Below are positions 11,234 to 23,210 of a stretch of 64,000 bases of DNA, piece by piece (within the stretch, counting starts at the first letter, position 1; every line of letters begins with the position of its first letter). The translations under genes were made by a program, and so were the position numbers. Origin of the DNA: Trichosphaerium sp. ATCC 40318. Its lineage: Eukaryota; Protista; Tubulinea. Where the stretch lies: assembly GCA_038496445.1 (NCBI GenBank), contig JALMLS010000420.1, forward strand, positions 248,001-312,000, read 5' to 3'. The notes beneath the pieces are model-generated. The model had not been told where the DNA came from, made no database searches, and saw only the letters and a list, made by a program, of their open reading frames with translations.

Positions 11234-12540
11234 ATGTGGGGTTTTAGCAATGGTATTGGCCGTAACGCTCAAAAACGTGCCGCTTCGTATCTACAGAGGT
11301 ATATTCGCCAATACGCGACTCAACCAGAGAAACCTTACCAAAGACAAAATATGAAGGGTCCTCGTACAACAAAAGTACGTGGTGGTTAAACTTACGAGGC
11401 TAAATGCGTTGTAGCAATTTTCGTTTTGGAAACCTGCAGCTGTCACCTGTATTGTTAGTGCCATAGGCTGTGCGTCACTTTATTATGCTCAAAAGGCCGG
11501 TAAAAGGCAACACGGCGCTCTTGGTACTGCAAACCTCTTTTGTCGCGTTTTAACCGTTCGTAGGTCAAGCTGTAACCGCTGGAAAGGCTAGGTTAGGCAA
11601 GTTTTCGTAACCTGAAGTCACACATTCTCACATTTGTTTAAAGGTGGTCCATGGAGTCTCGTAGACGAAAACGGCACACCAAGAACAAGTGCTCACTACC
11701 ACGGAAAATATCCTCTCATTTACTTTGGCTTTACATTTTGCCCGGATATTTGTCCCATTGAGCTTCACAAAATGTGTGAGGCGGTGAGCAGAGTCGAAAG
11801 GAGACTTGGTACGAATCATCTCTAACCTAATTTATTAAAACCCACTGACACGTATCGTGACGCGTATCAATATGCCTAACGCGCTATAAGCGAGTATAAT
11901 AGCGTTATGACATTTTAAACTTAAACTCATGCGTCCATAGGGTCAGACAAATCCCTTGTACAACCCATGTTCATATCAGTGGATCCTCAGAGAGACACAA
12001 TAGCTCAAGTGAGGGAATACACAAAAGGCACGACACGATACGGGTTTTTTTTGCAACGAGATGTGCTTGAGCCACACTTATTACAACACTCCTAACACAG
12101 TGGAATCTAATAAACTAGTATTGCTTACATTGATTTCTTAGAGTTCCATCCGCGGCTACTAGGCCTCACAGGTACACCTGAACAGATAAATGGAATTAAA
12201 AGAAAGTTCCGCGTTTACAGTGCAAATGGTAAGCTACTTACTAACTTTAACTTTTAAAGACTAATTATTGTAAACAGAGGATCCAGTTGACGCAGATCAA
12301 GACGACTATGTCGTTGATCACACTATTTTTACTTACTTGATGGACAAAAAGGGTGAATTCGTACAGTACTATGGCGTAGATGCTCGCGTCGAGGACATTG
12401 AACAAGGTACGACTTGGTTTTCAGAAATCCAAATTGGTTTGTTAATCTTTTACGTAGGTTTAATAAGCGTGTTAAAAGAGAATGGAGACGTACCAAAGAC
12501 AATACTAGAGCAAATCAAAGAGTTCCTGAACATTGATTAA
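11234..12540 (+). CDS. SCO1: Cytochrome c oxidase copper chaperone SCO1/SCO2
   Basis: GKARLGGPWSLVDENG, YFGFTFCPDICPIEL (CxxxC), FISVDPQRDT, EFHPRLLGLTG, YVVDHTIFTYLMDKKG; presequence-like N-terminus and one TM helix. Confidence 0.95.
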
Positions 12541-12999
12541 AACAAACCAAACATCCATCAACATAGATACCTATAATACATAAGTCTGCGTGCAACTTTA
12601 TATGTAAACCTGTACAACATCGCCACTTAACTGGTTCCTTTGAGTCTACAAGAACCCATTCATCGTTTAAACACTCTCCTCAAATAGCTATGCGTGCTTG
12701 ACCACTATTGTGCTTCAAAGAGACAGTATTCTTACTTCCACAAAAAAAGAAAAAAAAATTTCAAAAAAATAAAACCTAGAGCGCTTCTCTTGTATGCCAA
12801 GTTTTTTTCTTTTTATTTTACTGTACATTTGCGCATTTTAGTAATCTCGCAAAATGTCTCAAGTGGCATTTTGTAAAAATCTTGAATAACGAGTTTTTTT
12901 TGGGGCCTGTTCCTGAAATATCGAACCAATGGTGCAATGGTTGAGAATAAGAGTACTGTCTCCACCAATATACACTCTCCATTAAACGACCAAGCGTTT

Positions 13000-13760
13000 T
13001 TAAAGGGCTGTAACGTGCTTTCCGTACAATTTTTCGTAAAACTCGCGCTCCCAGCGCAATACCCTAGATGTACGCTCTATGCGGTATGCCAATACAGGAA
13101 TGGAAAAGAAGAGGGAGACCAAGGTACCCCACAAGAAGAAACGCGTAGACAACGCACCTTGCTTGAAAAGCAAGACACGGTGGTTATGCAAATCAGAGTA
13201 GTGGACCCAATTAACTCCAGTGAGGCGTTCGCCAAAGCGATAACGCATCAAATCCCAGCCAATTTTTACATGATCGGTAAGATGCAGAGTGAAAAAGTAT
13301 CTGAGCTCGTTGTGGTTGTAAAGCATAGCGCCTGCAGGGAGTCTACCGCCTTTTGGAAAGTTTGCTGGTTCTTTCCATCCTTTTGGTTTGTCGTAGGCGT
13401 CACGTAACATTTTAATGTCTCTGTAAAACTCAGAGAGTTGTCCTTCTTTTACACCATAAATGAACGGCTTGTTTGTGCGAACAAGTGATTCAGCGCCTGG
13501 CTCGAGAGGTACTAGAATAGGCTTAATATTACAGTGTAAATGGTTTTAGGATTATTTGAGGGTAGCAAGCGTGGTTTTAGAGCGAGCGGGAGTGAAGTTA
13601 CTGTGTTAAATGATCTTTAATTGTTTTTCTTATTGTAGGCTAGTATTACGGTATTCGATAAAAAAACTGTACCTGTGTTGTAAAAGCGCAAAGGCAGACC
13701 GAAATAGCCGGTTTCACCAGGGCCAGCTATCTTAATGGCGGAATGAACTTCTTTCGACAT
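13000..13760 (-). CDS. Hypothetical protein with one C-terminal TM segment (2 exons)
   Basis: ATG at 13760, one GT-AG intron, joins in frame to the 136-aa ORF; hydrophobic FFLWGTLVSLFFSIPVLAY; no family recognised. Confidence 0.6.
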
Positions 13761-13887
13761 TACTGAGTGTGTTCAAGTTAAACAAAGCAAGAAATTACTG
13801 GACTTCTGACAATGGCTTTTTTCCCAGTCAACTCAACATTGCTTTTTGCTCACAACATAAGCGTGAACGCATTTTTATGTACATGCA

Positions 13888-14645
13888 TTACTTTTTAACA
13901 GTGCTATTCGCATTTCGTTTTTTGTGGTTTGGTGTTTTAGGTGCCAGAGCTTTAAATTTAGACCGCAGTGCGTTAATCCGTGGTTGATAGATGACTTTAA
14001 ACACTTGCCAGTCGTTCACTCGCAATGCCATTATTTCTGCGCGTAGAGCGTTTGCTGCTCTAAAATCTACAATTTTACCATGCCTACATGTCAATTAATG
14101 GGTTGCAGCTCAAAAACGACTCACTCGCAAATCTGACACCCAAACAAAGGGGTGCGGAAAGCATGCCACAGTGCCTTTCTGGCAATATAAGGATCGTAAG
14201 ATTCATCAACCAGTAACTTCTTTTTAGCCTTTACAAAGTCACGTCCTGAACTTTTTGAAATGTTGCTCCTTAGCTTTGGTTTGATGATTTCTGGAACTTC
14301 AATACTCTTTGGCGCTTTTAACTTGAATTTGTCAGGTAGCCACATACATTCTAAGCACGTGAGATCCATTTCAGCCAAATTTTGTTTAAACACTTCAACT
14401 GGCAGTAAAGTTCCGTCAGCATCATCTACAACACCTTTTATAGACGATTTTTGGTGTTTTTGTGTTTGGGCGTTATTTGCACCATTCTTGAGCACAATTA
14501 TGTAGTCCCAATCAGATGATGTTGTATAAGTGCCGTACACGCGACTACCAACAAGAAATATTGCCACTACATCAATATCGTCCAATTTGAAGTTATTTAT
14601 AACCCATGCTGCTGTTAGACGCTCTGATACAGTTGTGGTTGCCAT
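13888..14645 (-). CDS. Pol-beta-superfamily nucleotidyltransferase (GSRxYG..SDxD type)
   Basis: IFLVGSRVYGTYTTSSDWDYIIV motif; C-terminal KAKKKL...YIARKALWHAFR...HGKIVDF helical part; one GT-AG intron at about 14084-14124. Confidence 0.85.
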
Positions 14646-14950
14646 TTTTGAGCAATTGTAGACGCTATTAAGTCATTTGCGCAGAAGTATGCAGTTCAAT
14701 TCCCTCCAACTTGCCACGTCAGTAAATGCGAGTTACATGATTCAGCATGCACAATAAGTATTTGTTGTAACCTGTCACTAGCACAATTCAACTAATGTAC
14801 ACGTGATAGTGTTAACGGTTCTGCAGTTGTTTCAGTTTAGAACTGTTAAGTATCATACCGCGTTTTCGAACTACTGAATAACTTCCGGTTTTATGTGTAA
14901 GCACGGAGAATTTGCCTTTCAAAAACACCAACTTTTTACAAATCACCAAG

Positions 14951-17421
14951 ATGAGCGAGGATGCTAGCTTTTGGCATGATAATTGGGCGTTAATACAGTA
15001 GGTGCATTATAGTTGTACAGAATTATGGTTAAGCATAACAAGGCGGTTTGCTGGTGAAATAACGACACGAGCAATTGTACCTGTTACAACAGGGTTAGTT
15101 CCATATGGTGAGCGTGGTGTTGTACCTGCAAGGCGTAGGCGTCGATCATTTGACATTCCAGCAATTGAATCCCCTCCACATTATCACAGACATCATTTTC
15201 ATCGCTTGGAAGCATCTCATAGACGTGACAATAACCGATCAACAAACGAATTTCTTAACGACGGCTATTACGCGTACGTTGCGTCGATACCGCGTAATTA
15301 TTGCATCTAAACCATTGTAAAGCCGGTTCTTCGTTGAAGAGTCATGTTTGGGAAGAGGAGGGTGAGTTCGCTCGTAAACACGCTTTTACTTATCCTTGAA
15401 CGTAGTTTTGGCGTTGTACATAGAGTCAGGCATAAAATTGATACAATTGACTTGGGCGTTTTCGCACTCAAAAAAGTACCTGTTGGGGATTTAAACTGGC
15501 TTCGTAAGGTGTTAACTGTTAAACAAGTGTGAAGGTGTTTATTAACACTTAAAAAAAAAGGTTGTACGTGAAGTGAAGTATCTGGAAGCAGTAGGGAAGC
15601 ACCCTAATATTATTGGGTATAAGCACAGTTGGCTGGAACAAGCAAAGTTGGCCGACTTTGGTCCACAAGGTACGCTTTTTTGGTTTTTGCTATTTTTTCT
15701 TCTTTGTGGAAACTATCAGCTTAGTACCTTGCTTGTATATCCTCATGGAGTTCGCTAATGGAGGCAATCTTGGTCAGTATATAAAAAACAATGAATCTAT
15801 GCTTCAAGAGGATTTGGTGTGGAAATGTACGCGTTTTTGTTAGCGTTAGAAGGAACGTGGATTTACTTTTTTTTTCGAAGTTTTTGTGGATATTTTACTA
15901 GGATTGGATTACCTCCACAACGCAAATATGCACGTGATTTTTAACGTAAAATAAATCCAATAACGGTTGTTATAGTATACATCGTGATATAAAGGCAGAG
16001 AATGTTTTAATTCACTCAGATCCTAACGAAGGTGACTTGGGTGCAAAAGCAATGATAACAGATTTTGGTACATGGTTCGTCCCAGTTGTTTTCTGTTTTT
16101 TTTCGTATCACGTGGTGACCTATGCCTCTAAATCAATAAAGTATATCAGAATCAAAGCGTTCTAAACGGAGTGGGCATACTGGTACTATAGAGTATTCAG
16201 CTCCAGAGATGCTTAAGGATAATTACGGTACATATTTTTCCTTGATATTCTGAGAATTCTGCACTCTTTTTTTTATTTACACTGGCGTTTAGGTGATTTT
16301 CAAGATTTTGATAAAGCATGTGATATATGGAGTCTTGGAGTGATACTATATTTTATGTCTTACGGGTACAAGAAGGATAAAACGCTCCACACTTTGTTTT
16401 CGCTTGGGTTATTGTTTATTTACTTTAATAAAGGGAATTACCTTGGGCACAGAAAAGACGTGATACTGCCGAAGGTATTATAGCTCTAGAACGTGAAATA
16501 AAGGAATTTTCTGGAGACAAGTACGTTAAGAAATTCTAGCGGTTTCGCGATGTTAATTGGACTCAATTTTTCATCGTTTCAAAAGCGTATTTAGTATTCT
16601 CTTACAATTTTTGTTGCAGCATGACATTTCCACCTGGGAGATCTCCTGAACTCGAAAACGTGATATCTAGCCTATTAGTACCTAATCCAAAAGAAAGACC
16701 TTCTACAGAGTCTATAATGAACTTTCAATGTGTTCAGAGAGAAATGATACGAAGAGGTGATTATGAAGAGACTTTTGAAGAAAACGAACACAGTAACTTT
16801 AATGTGCAGTTAGTAACTGTTTCATTTCCCATGCACTCATTTATTCTATTTTTTCTAAAGGTACTAATCACCTTTCAAACAAAAACTGCCGTCAGGATGA
16901 GCTGTTGTTTGGTAGTTTCTTATTTTTTTCTTACAAAATATAGGTATGCGTTTTATTCGCTTTGTCTTTCGATAGCTATGTTGGTCGTACTATAGCTGTA
17001 TCTTATATATTATTGGCTGGTATAACACTTATTCTTCGTACTCTACGTGCTGCCAGTAACCAAGCCATCGTTGGTTTCGAGTTATGTCAGCTTTTGATTT
17101 CTTGGATTTTTACGACTGTTTTGGGCGGTTCTAGTGTTTTAATTTACTTAATGTCGCTTTTTGTTTTTGTATTATCGGTTTCTTCATTGCGTATAAAAAC
17201 AGAAAAACGTGTTTCGAAGGTACGTGACAGAAAACTCATTCTTTTTTTGGAAAGTAAATTGTTTGTTGTAGAACTCGCCGACAATGTCTCGACGTAGCAA
17301 GAGTAGGACTAGAAGGCGCAGGAGCAAGAGTAGTAATGAGATTCCAATAGAGCCAGTTGTGTTTGAGGATAAACTTGTTGTTTGGAATAGCACAAAATCT
17401 CCAAGACGCAGCAACCATTAA
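14951..17421 (+). CDS. IKS1: IKS1/iksA-family Ser/Thr protein kinase with C-terminal TM helices
   Basis: FLNDGYY, LGRG.FGVV, FALKKVPVGD, HPNIIGYKHSWLE..LADFGP.VPCLYILMEFANGGNL, HRDIKAENV, DFG, GTIEYSAPE, CDIWSLG; hydrophobic C-terminal segments. Confidence 0.85.
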
Positions 17422-17610
17422 AAAAGGACTTTGCTTTTTTTTTCTTTTTGTTGTTATGTACATTCCTTTAATTAAACAAAAATAAAAAAAAAAGCTTTTT
17501 GCTAGTTACACGACAAGTAATCAATACAATTTTCTTACAGGGAACCTGAATTCTTGTTTTTGTGATAATTTATTCGGATTAAAAGACGAAAATGAGGGTT
17601 CGTTTTTTTG

Positions 17611-19938
17611 CTATTCTCCGGTGATGTGTTGCTGTTGATTTGACAATTCTGACATCACAACTTCTCGTACAATGCCCGAAGATGGAATTTGAATTGTAAA
17701 CTCAACAGGAGAGTACCTTACAGATTGATACATTAACAATAAATGTCAACAAAATATTTAAATGTCAAAAAATAAAAAAAGCAAAACCCTCACTCACCCA
17801 GGTGCTGTGAATCTGACAGTGCGTTGACCTGTATGTGTGTTTTAGATTATTATTTAAGTTATCCTTACACGCACCTGTTGGTAACCAAACATGGTATCGG
17901 CCATTTTTAGGGTTGGCGTAGTTGGACTCTCCATAAAAGAAGTCGATATTTAATATCTCAATAGTAGCTCTAATAGGAACGCCTTGTCCGTTTTTAACAT
18001 GTCCAGAAAGAGGAATGTTGAGATTGATCCAAAACAAAGTGCCAGGCCACACTCTATTAAATGATTATTATAGTTGGAATAAGGCGAACAAATGTAGCTC
18101 TCGTTAGAAAAGGGAAAACATGTGAAAATTGGGATGTGGATTCTAATTTTTTTATGGTTGTGGCTTACCTGACAACTTCTTCTTTCATTACATTTCCAGA
18201 TGGTTGAAAGGATGTTGCAGTTTCAACAAGTTCAGCAACTGCTCCAAAAGTATGGTAAGCATTGTTACGCTACAATAAGGAGTTAACTTTATCTTCGAAT
18301 TTTGAAAAAAAAAAAGTACTTGTGTTCCCATTGCTATTGCGTTACCAAGCTTATAATTCATTGTCTCTGCATGCTTTGTTGCAATATCCCTGAAATAACT
18401 TTAAGAACCTGAGAAGTCTTTTTTTCGTAGTACTCGAAATAATCGTTCATGACCACTGGTAGTTCTCCAGAGCTTCCATAACAAGGTCTAACATCTCTTC
18501 CAGATGAATGCCAATCTTATTTAAAATAAGAAAATACAAAGAAAGCTTCAACGCAGTGTTGTCAATCAGTACCAAGTACTTTATCTGGAACATAGTCTTC
18601 TTGAAGAGCAATTACTGCTTGTACTTCAGGTTCACTTCCACCACATGATAAAAATGTTAGTGCATTCACAAACGAGGAACTTTTTGCTTTTAGTTTTTGG
18701 TGTACTTGGTCCACGGTATGTGTTTGAAGAAGGACTTGTTGAACCTGAACCTGGAAATCCAGTCCATCCAAAAGGAAAGTTTCTGTTCATATCAACACCA
18801 AAGGTACCTTCAAGTAATTAGATAAAATGATCCAAAAACAGAGAACATTGGAATCTATTTCATTTCAAAACAAAATTTGTTTGTTGTTGTACCTCCTCCG
18901 TTGTTTCTTCTATTTTTCCTCCAGTTATTATCGGTACTCCAAACATACTCTAGTCCGTCAGGATTAAATGTCCATACAATCACAATCTACATTTGTATTA
19001 AACTGCGTCATACTTAAAAACCTTATTCTTACTTGATTTTGATCGACAATTTCAGTTATTTCAGGGTCTGATCCGTATCCTGTTTGCAATAAGTTTAACT
19101 CCAGTTTTTTAATCATTCACGTACCATTAACAAGCCTTTTGGCTGTATCAAGAGCAATTTCAGGCGTGACAACTTCACGAGCGTGACAGTTTGCAACAAA
19201 GATAAAGTTTGGTTCATCCTTGAAAAAAAAGAGTTAAACTTTGTGCGTTCCTTCCTAGCCATCTCTTACTTCATAAGAAGCAACATTGTCAGAAATCTTT
19301 ATTGCTTTAACAGTACGTCCGTCAGCGGTTCTTGGAATATTATAAGCATCCATAAGGTCCTAAACGAAAAAAGTAAAGATCTAAAAAAAAGATACAAACT
19401 TTTTTTGTTCTTACAATTATCATGGCAATCTTCGGGTCTTTTGTGACAAGATTTTCCATTTCTCTCAACAGCTCCTAATAGGATATTATCACGTGATTGC
19501 GAGAAGTTAAAATTTCCGTCGTTGTTTCCAAAAAGAAAGCTGAGTAAACAATTTGGTTTTTTTGACACGTGTACTGACACTTGGATTGTGGTATCCGCTT
19601 GGAAACGCAATATCGCGAAATGGGCGCCCTTTGATGAAATCTTCAACAAAAAGACCGTATCTACGAAGCAGGTTGCGTTCATCCTTTGATCCTGTACCGA
19701 ATATTTCAAAGTGAGTGTCGTTACCGCTAAAATCAACTTTTCGCCTAGAAACAAACAAAAATTGTTAAAAACCGTCGAAAGCTTCATAATATGTTGTTTT
19801 TGTCACGTGCTTTAGTTCATCAACATTAACGACTTTTCCAGACAACTTGTAACGTCCGTAAGTGCTCTCTTTAGCGTTAGTTACTATCCACAAGGCCGAG
19901 AAAAATAAAAGTATCTGTGCTGCTCTCATGCAAGTCAT
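17611..19938 (-). CDS. Secreted zinc carboxypeptidase, M14 family, with C-terminal CarboxypepD_reg-like domain
   Basis: Signal peptide; ANCHAREVVTPE (HxxE), FNPDGLEY, WRKNRR, GVDMNRNF, SEPEVQAV, DWHS; C-terminal LSGHVKNGQGVPIRATI...NGRYHVWLPTG. Confidence 0.9.
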
Positions 19939-20127
19939 TGTAGACACTTATTAAACAGAGTTAAGTAATGTGAACCACAGCATGTTACTCTTGAGAAATA
20001 AGACCACTACCAACCTTGTTATAAAGAAGAGTTTTGTGTAACTTTAAAAAGCCACGCGTAAGTAAAAGGCACTACAAGGACATTGTTATGAAACTTCAAA
20101 GAGAACATTAAACTTGATAGCATAGCT

Positions 20128-22436
20128 TTACTTTAGAATATGAATAGCAACAACCGCCAATACTGATACAAATGATGTAATCCACCTTGGTGAGTTGCTT
20201 GTAATCCTTGATATTGTAATTGGTGGGGTTGTATTTGGTGATGCTGTGGTTGATACTAATATTGATGTTGGTGATGTTGTTGTCGGTTGAGAAGTAGTGG
20301 GTGCATCTGTTGTTGGTTGGGAAGTTGTGGGTGTATTTGTAGTTGGTTGAGAAGTAGTTGGTGTTTCTGTTGTTGGTGACATTGTTGGAGGAGGTACACA
20401 AGTTCCATTCCCCAGGTTTGTGGTATCACACAAACAATCATTAGAACACCCAGGTGTACCGTCACACTCTTCAGTGTCAGAATCAAAGTCACCATTTCCA
20501 CAGTCTATTTATAATGCGTTAGTTTAATACAGTTTGTTTCGATAAGTGTACAATACGCACCAGAAGTTATATTGATAGTTCCGCTAATGTTAAATTGCTT
20601 TGAAATGAACGGGTATTCTGAGCGATTCAACATAATAGCAACGTTTTCGACAGTATCATTTGTATCACGTACATATTCTACCCTCACTACTACTGACCCA
20701 TTGATGTTTTGAGTAGTTTCCGTATACTCCACAGTGACATCATTCACAATGACATCAATGATGTTGATGTCTACAATTCTGTAACAATTATGTGAGCAAC
20801 AGTTCTTTAAGTGCCAACGTACCTCATATCGTCAAGTGTTACTCGCAAAAATCTTTTCTGACGTCTATCAAATGTATTGGCACTCATCACCTTGTTGTTA
20901 GAGTTGACTACTTCTATGGTATAAACTGGTTGCCTGAGCGTTCCTACGAGTTTAAGGTTAGAAAAATCATTGTAATTTGTTGCTCGTACCCATGTTGTAA
21001 GCTGACATGGTTGCATTAAGACTGCGTACTATCACTTCATCTATACCATCGTTATCAACATCAGCTGATTGTATACCAGTAATAGTACTGTCTACTGCTT
21101 GCTTCACAATGTTGAGTTCAGACATTTTCAATTTCGCTCCTTGCTCTACGCCAGCGAGTTCACTTCCACTTAAACGCAAAATTTCACTATTACAAGCTAA
21201 CACAAGGTCATTGTAAGTGTCTCCGTCTAATTTCCCTGAAGTCACGTGGACTTGTTCTTGTTGAGGACATATGTCATTGTATATCTCAAATAATTCAACG
21301 GGAGCATTTAAATAATTGGTTGGTACTTCCATCACCTTCATTGTCTCTAAACAATAGTAAGACAATATACGATTTAACCAATCCCAACTCACGATTATTG
21401 TCAGTGAGTACAAGTAAAAAGCTTGTCTCAGTGTGTCCAACTTGTGTGCTTGATGTAACATACATGTCCATATCGAAACTGAATGCAGATGTTCCAGCTG
21501 GTTGAATGTTTTCAACGCGCACAACTGGATTTGATTTGTCTGTTATGACAACTACACGGGTAGATTGGTCATTGAGATATTGTTTTAAAGTTGGATATGA
21601 GTTATTAGTCGTATCTAGAATGGTACTTGGTTAACAATATTGTGAATAGTATTTCATAAAACAAAAACAACAGTAGTAGCCCAAGATTTCTAAACCATCA
21701 AGAAATATTTGGGTGTTGATATTTGGGGTGTCTAGTATCGATGTAGAAGTGTCTACATCTAGCATATCCAAACTCACATCGAATGTGTAAAGCTTGTCAC
21801 ATTGCATCATAATCCCAACAGTTCCATTTGGTTTGTACTGTCCAAGCACAAACTCGAAGCACAACTCTCCATCTATGTATAATTGCGCAGGTTGATCTGT
21901 TGAATTATCAAGATATACATAAAGCTACGTGGTTGTTAGATTGAGAGACAACAATAATACGTACAGGTTTACCAGGTAATTTGGCAAAAATGAACACCAC
22001 TCCTCCTAAAATTGCCCGAGATAGCTTGGTTGAAAAGTTAGCAACAATACCAGCACGTGATCTCTTACATTTGCTCCAAAACCGGTATCTCTCCGTTGCA
22101 GTGTTGGAACATGCTGGGTGGTAGTGTGTGGTACCTCATCCAGCGATTGGGTGCCTAAACCTTAATAAGAAATATAGATGTTGTACGGGGTTGTAACCTT
22201 TCATGGCACTCTTCTGAAACTGTTGGAATGCTCCAAAGCTCTTGATACCACTAATGGTATCTCTTTGTGGAGCTCCAGAAAGAATAGCGCCTTCATTGAG
22301 TGAGAAAAAGCAGTATTTTAATCTAACAAGTTGAGCACCGAAAACGTTATCTGCATAGAAAGGGTTCCCAAATCCCTCCTCAGGGCGCCCTTGAATACTA
22401 CCAACAAGCACTGGCTCCAAATGCATGCCTACAACG
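20128..22436 (-). CDS. Predicted GPI-anchored surface protein A (FG-GAP-like, Cys-rich, PT stalk); first exon unresolved
   Basis: GAILSGAPQRD..FG, GKLDGDTYNDLVLA, ADVDNDGIDEVIV, CGNGDFDSDTEECDG, PTT repeats, hydrophobic C-terminus. Confidence 0.8.
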
Positions 22437-22499
22437 GTAGAAACTACATAGATAGAGTCAGAGAGTGATTTCTATTCATCGTGTACTATATGTCGACAA

Positions 22500-23148
22500 C
22501 CGCCGAAACGTTTCTGTTTTGTTGCAAAAAAGCCGAAAATGGTGTGAGTTTTCTGTAAACGACAAATGGGTGAAAGTGGCTGCAAGTGTACTAAGTCTCT
22601 TTATAAAGACACCCACACCGACAGGAAACTCACTCCATTTTAGGGTTTGTTTGACTCTCGCTCACATCTCTGAAACGCATACAAATAGTCACAATCGGCT
22701 ATTCTACGCACGTAAAGGCCGTACAGAAGTGGAAATGTTTCGGTGGATGTCGACATAAAAGAAGTGTACCTGATAGAGCGTAAACACAAATAAAACAAAG
22801 ATAACAGTTGAGGTTTGCCATTGTAAGAGTTGCAATGTTTGTTGGATGAGGAGTAATAATGAACAAACTTAATCGAGAAAAACATGAAATGTTTTGTATT
22901 ACGAGTTTTACGGAGTTAAGATTGCGTTTTTTGGTGTATACATTAACATCTACATGTGTTTTAGTGTATTTTGAATAATTATTCTGACGTTTTGCAGTAT
23001 TTCGGTCTATTTCATCCTAATATTGGACAATCATTCATTATCTCTTGATTCCGTACCAACGATCTTACTTTCGGTAGCGTGTACAGAAATTGTAACCTCC
23101 AAAGTGAGTAAGTGATGAAAAACTTTCTCGTCTTATTCTCTAAAACAC
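22500..23148 (+). promoter_or_regulatory. ~650-bp intergenic module, copy 3, between divergent genes A and B (probable bidirectional promoter region)
   Basis: Lies head-to-head between A (-) and B (+); near-identical to copies 1 and 2. Promoter role inferred from position only. Confidence 0.7.
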
Positions 23149-23210
23149 CGATGACGACCGAGACATTTAACTCTGTTTCAAGCATAGCAAGCAAGGACTC
23201 AAACAAAAAA

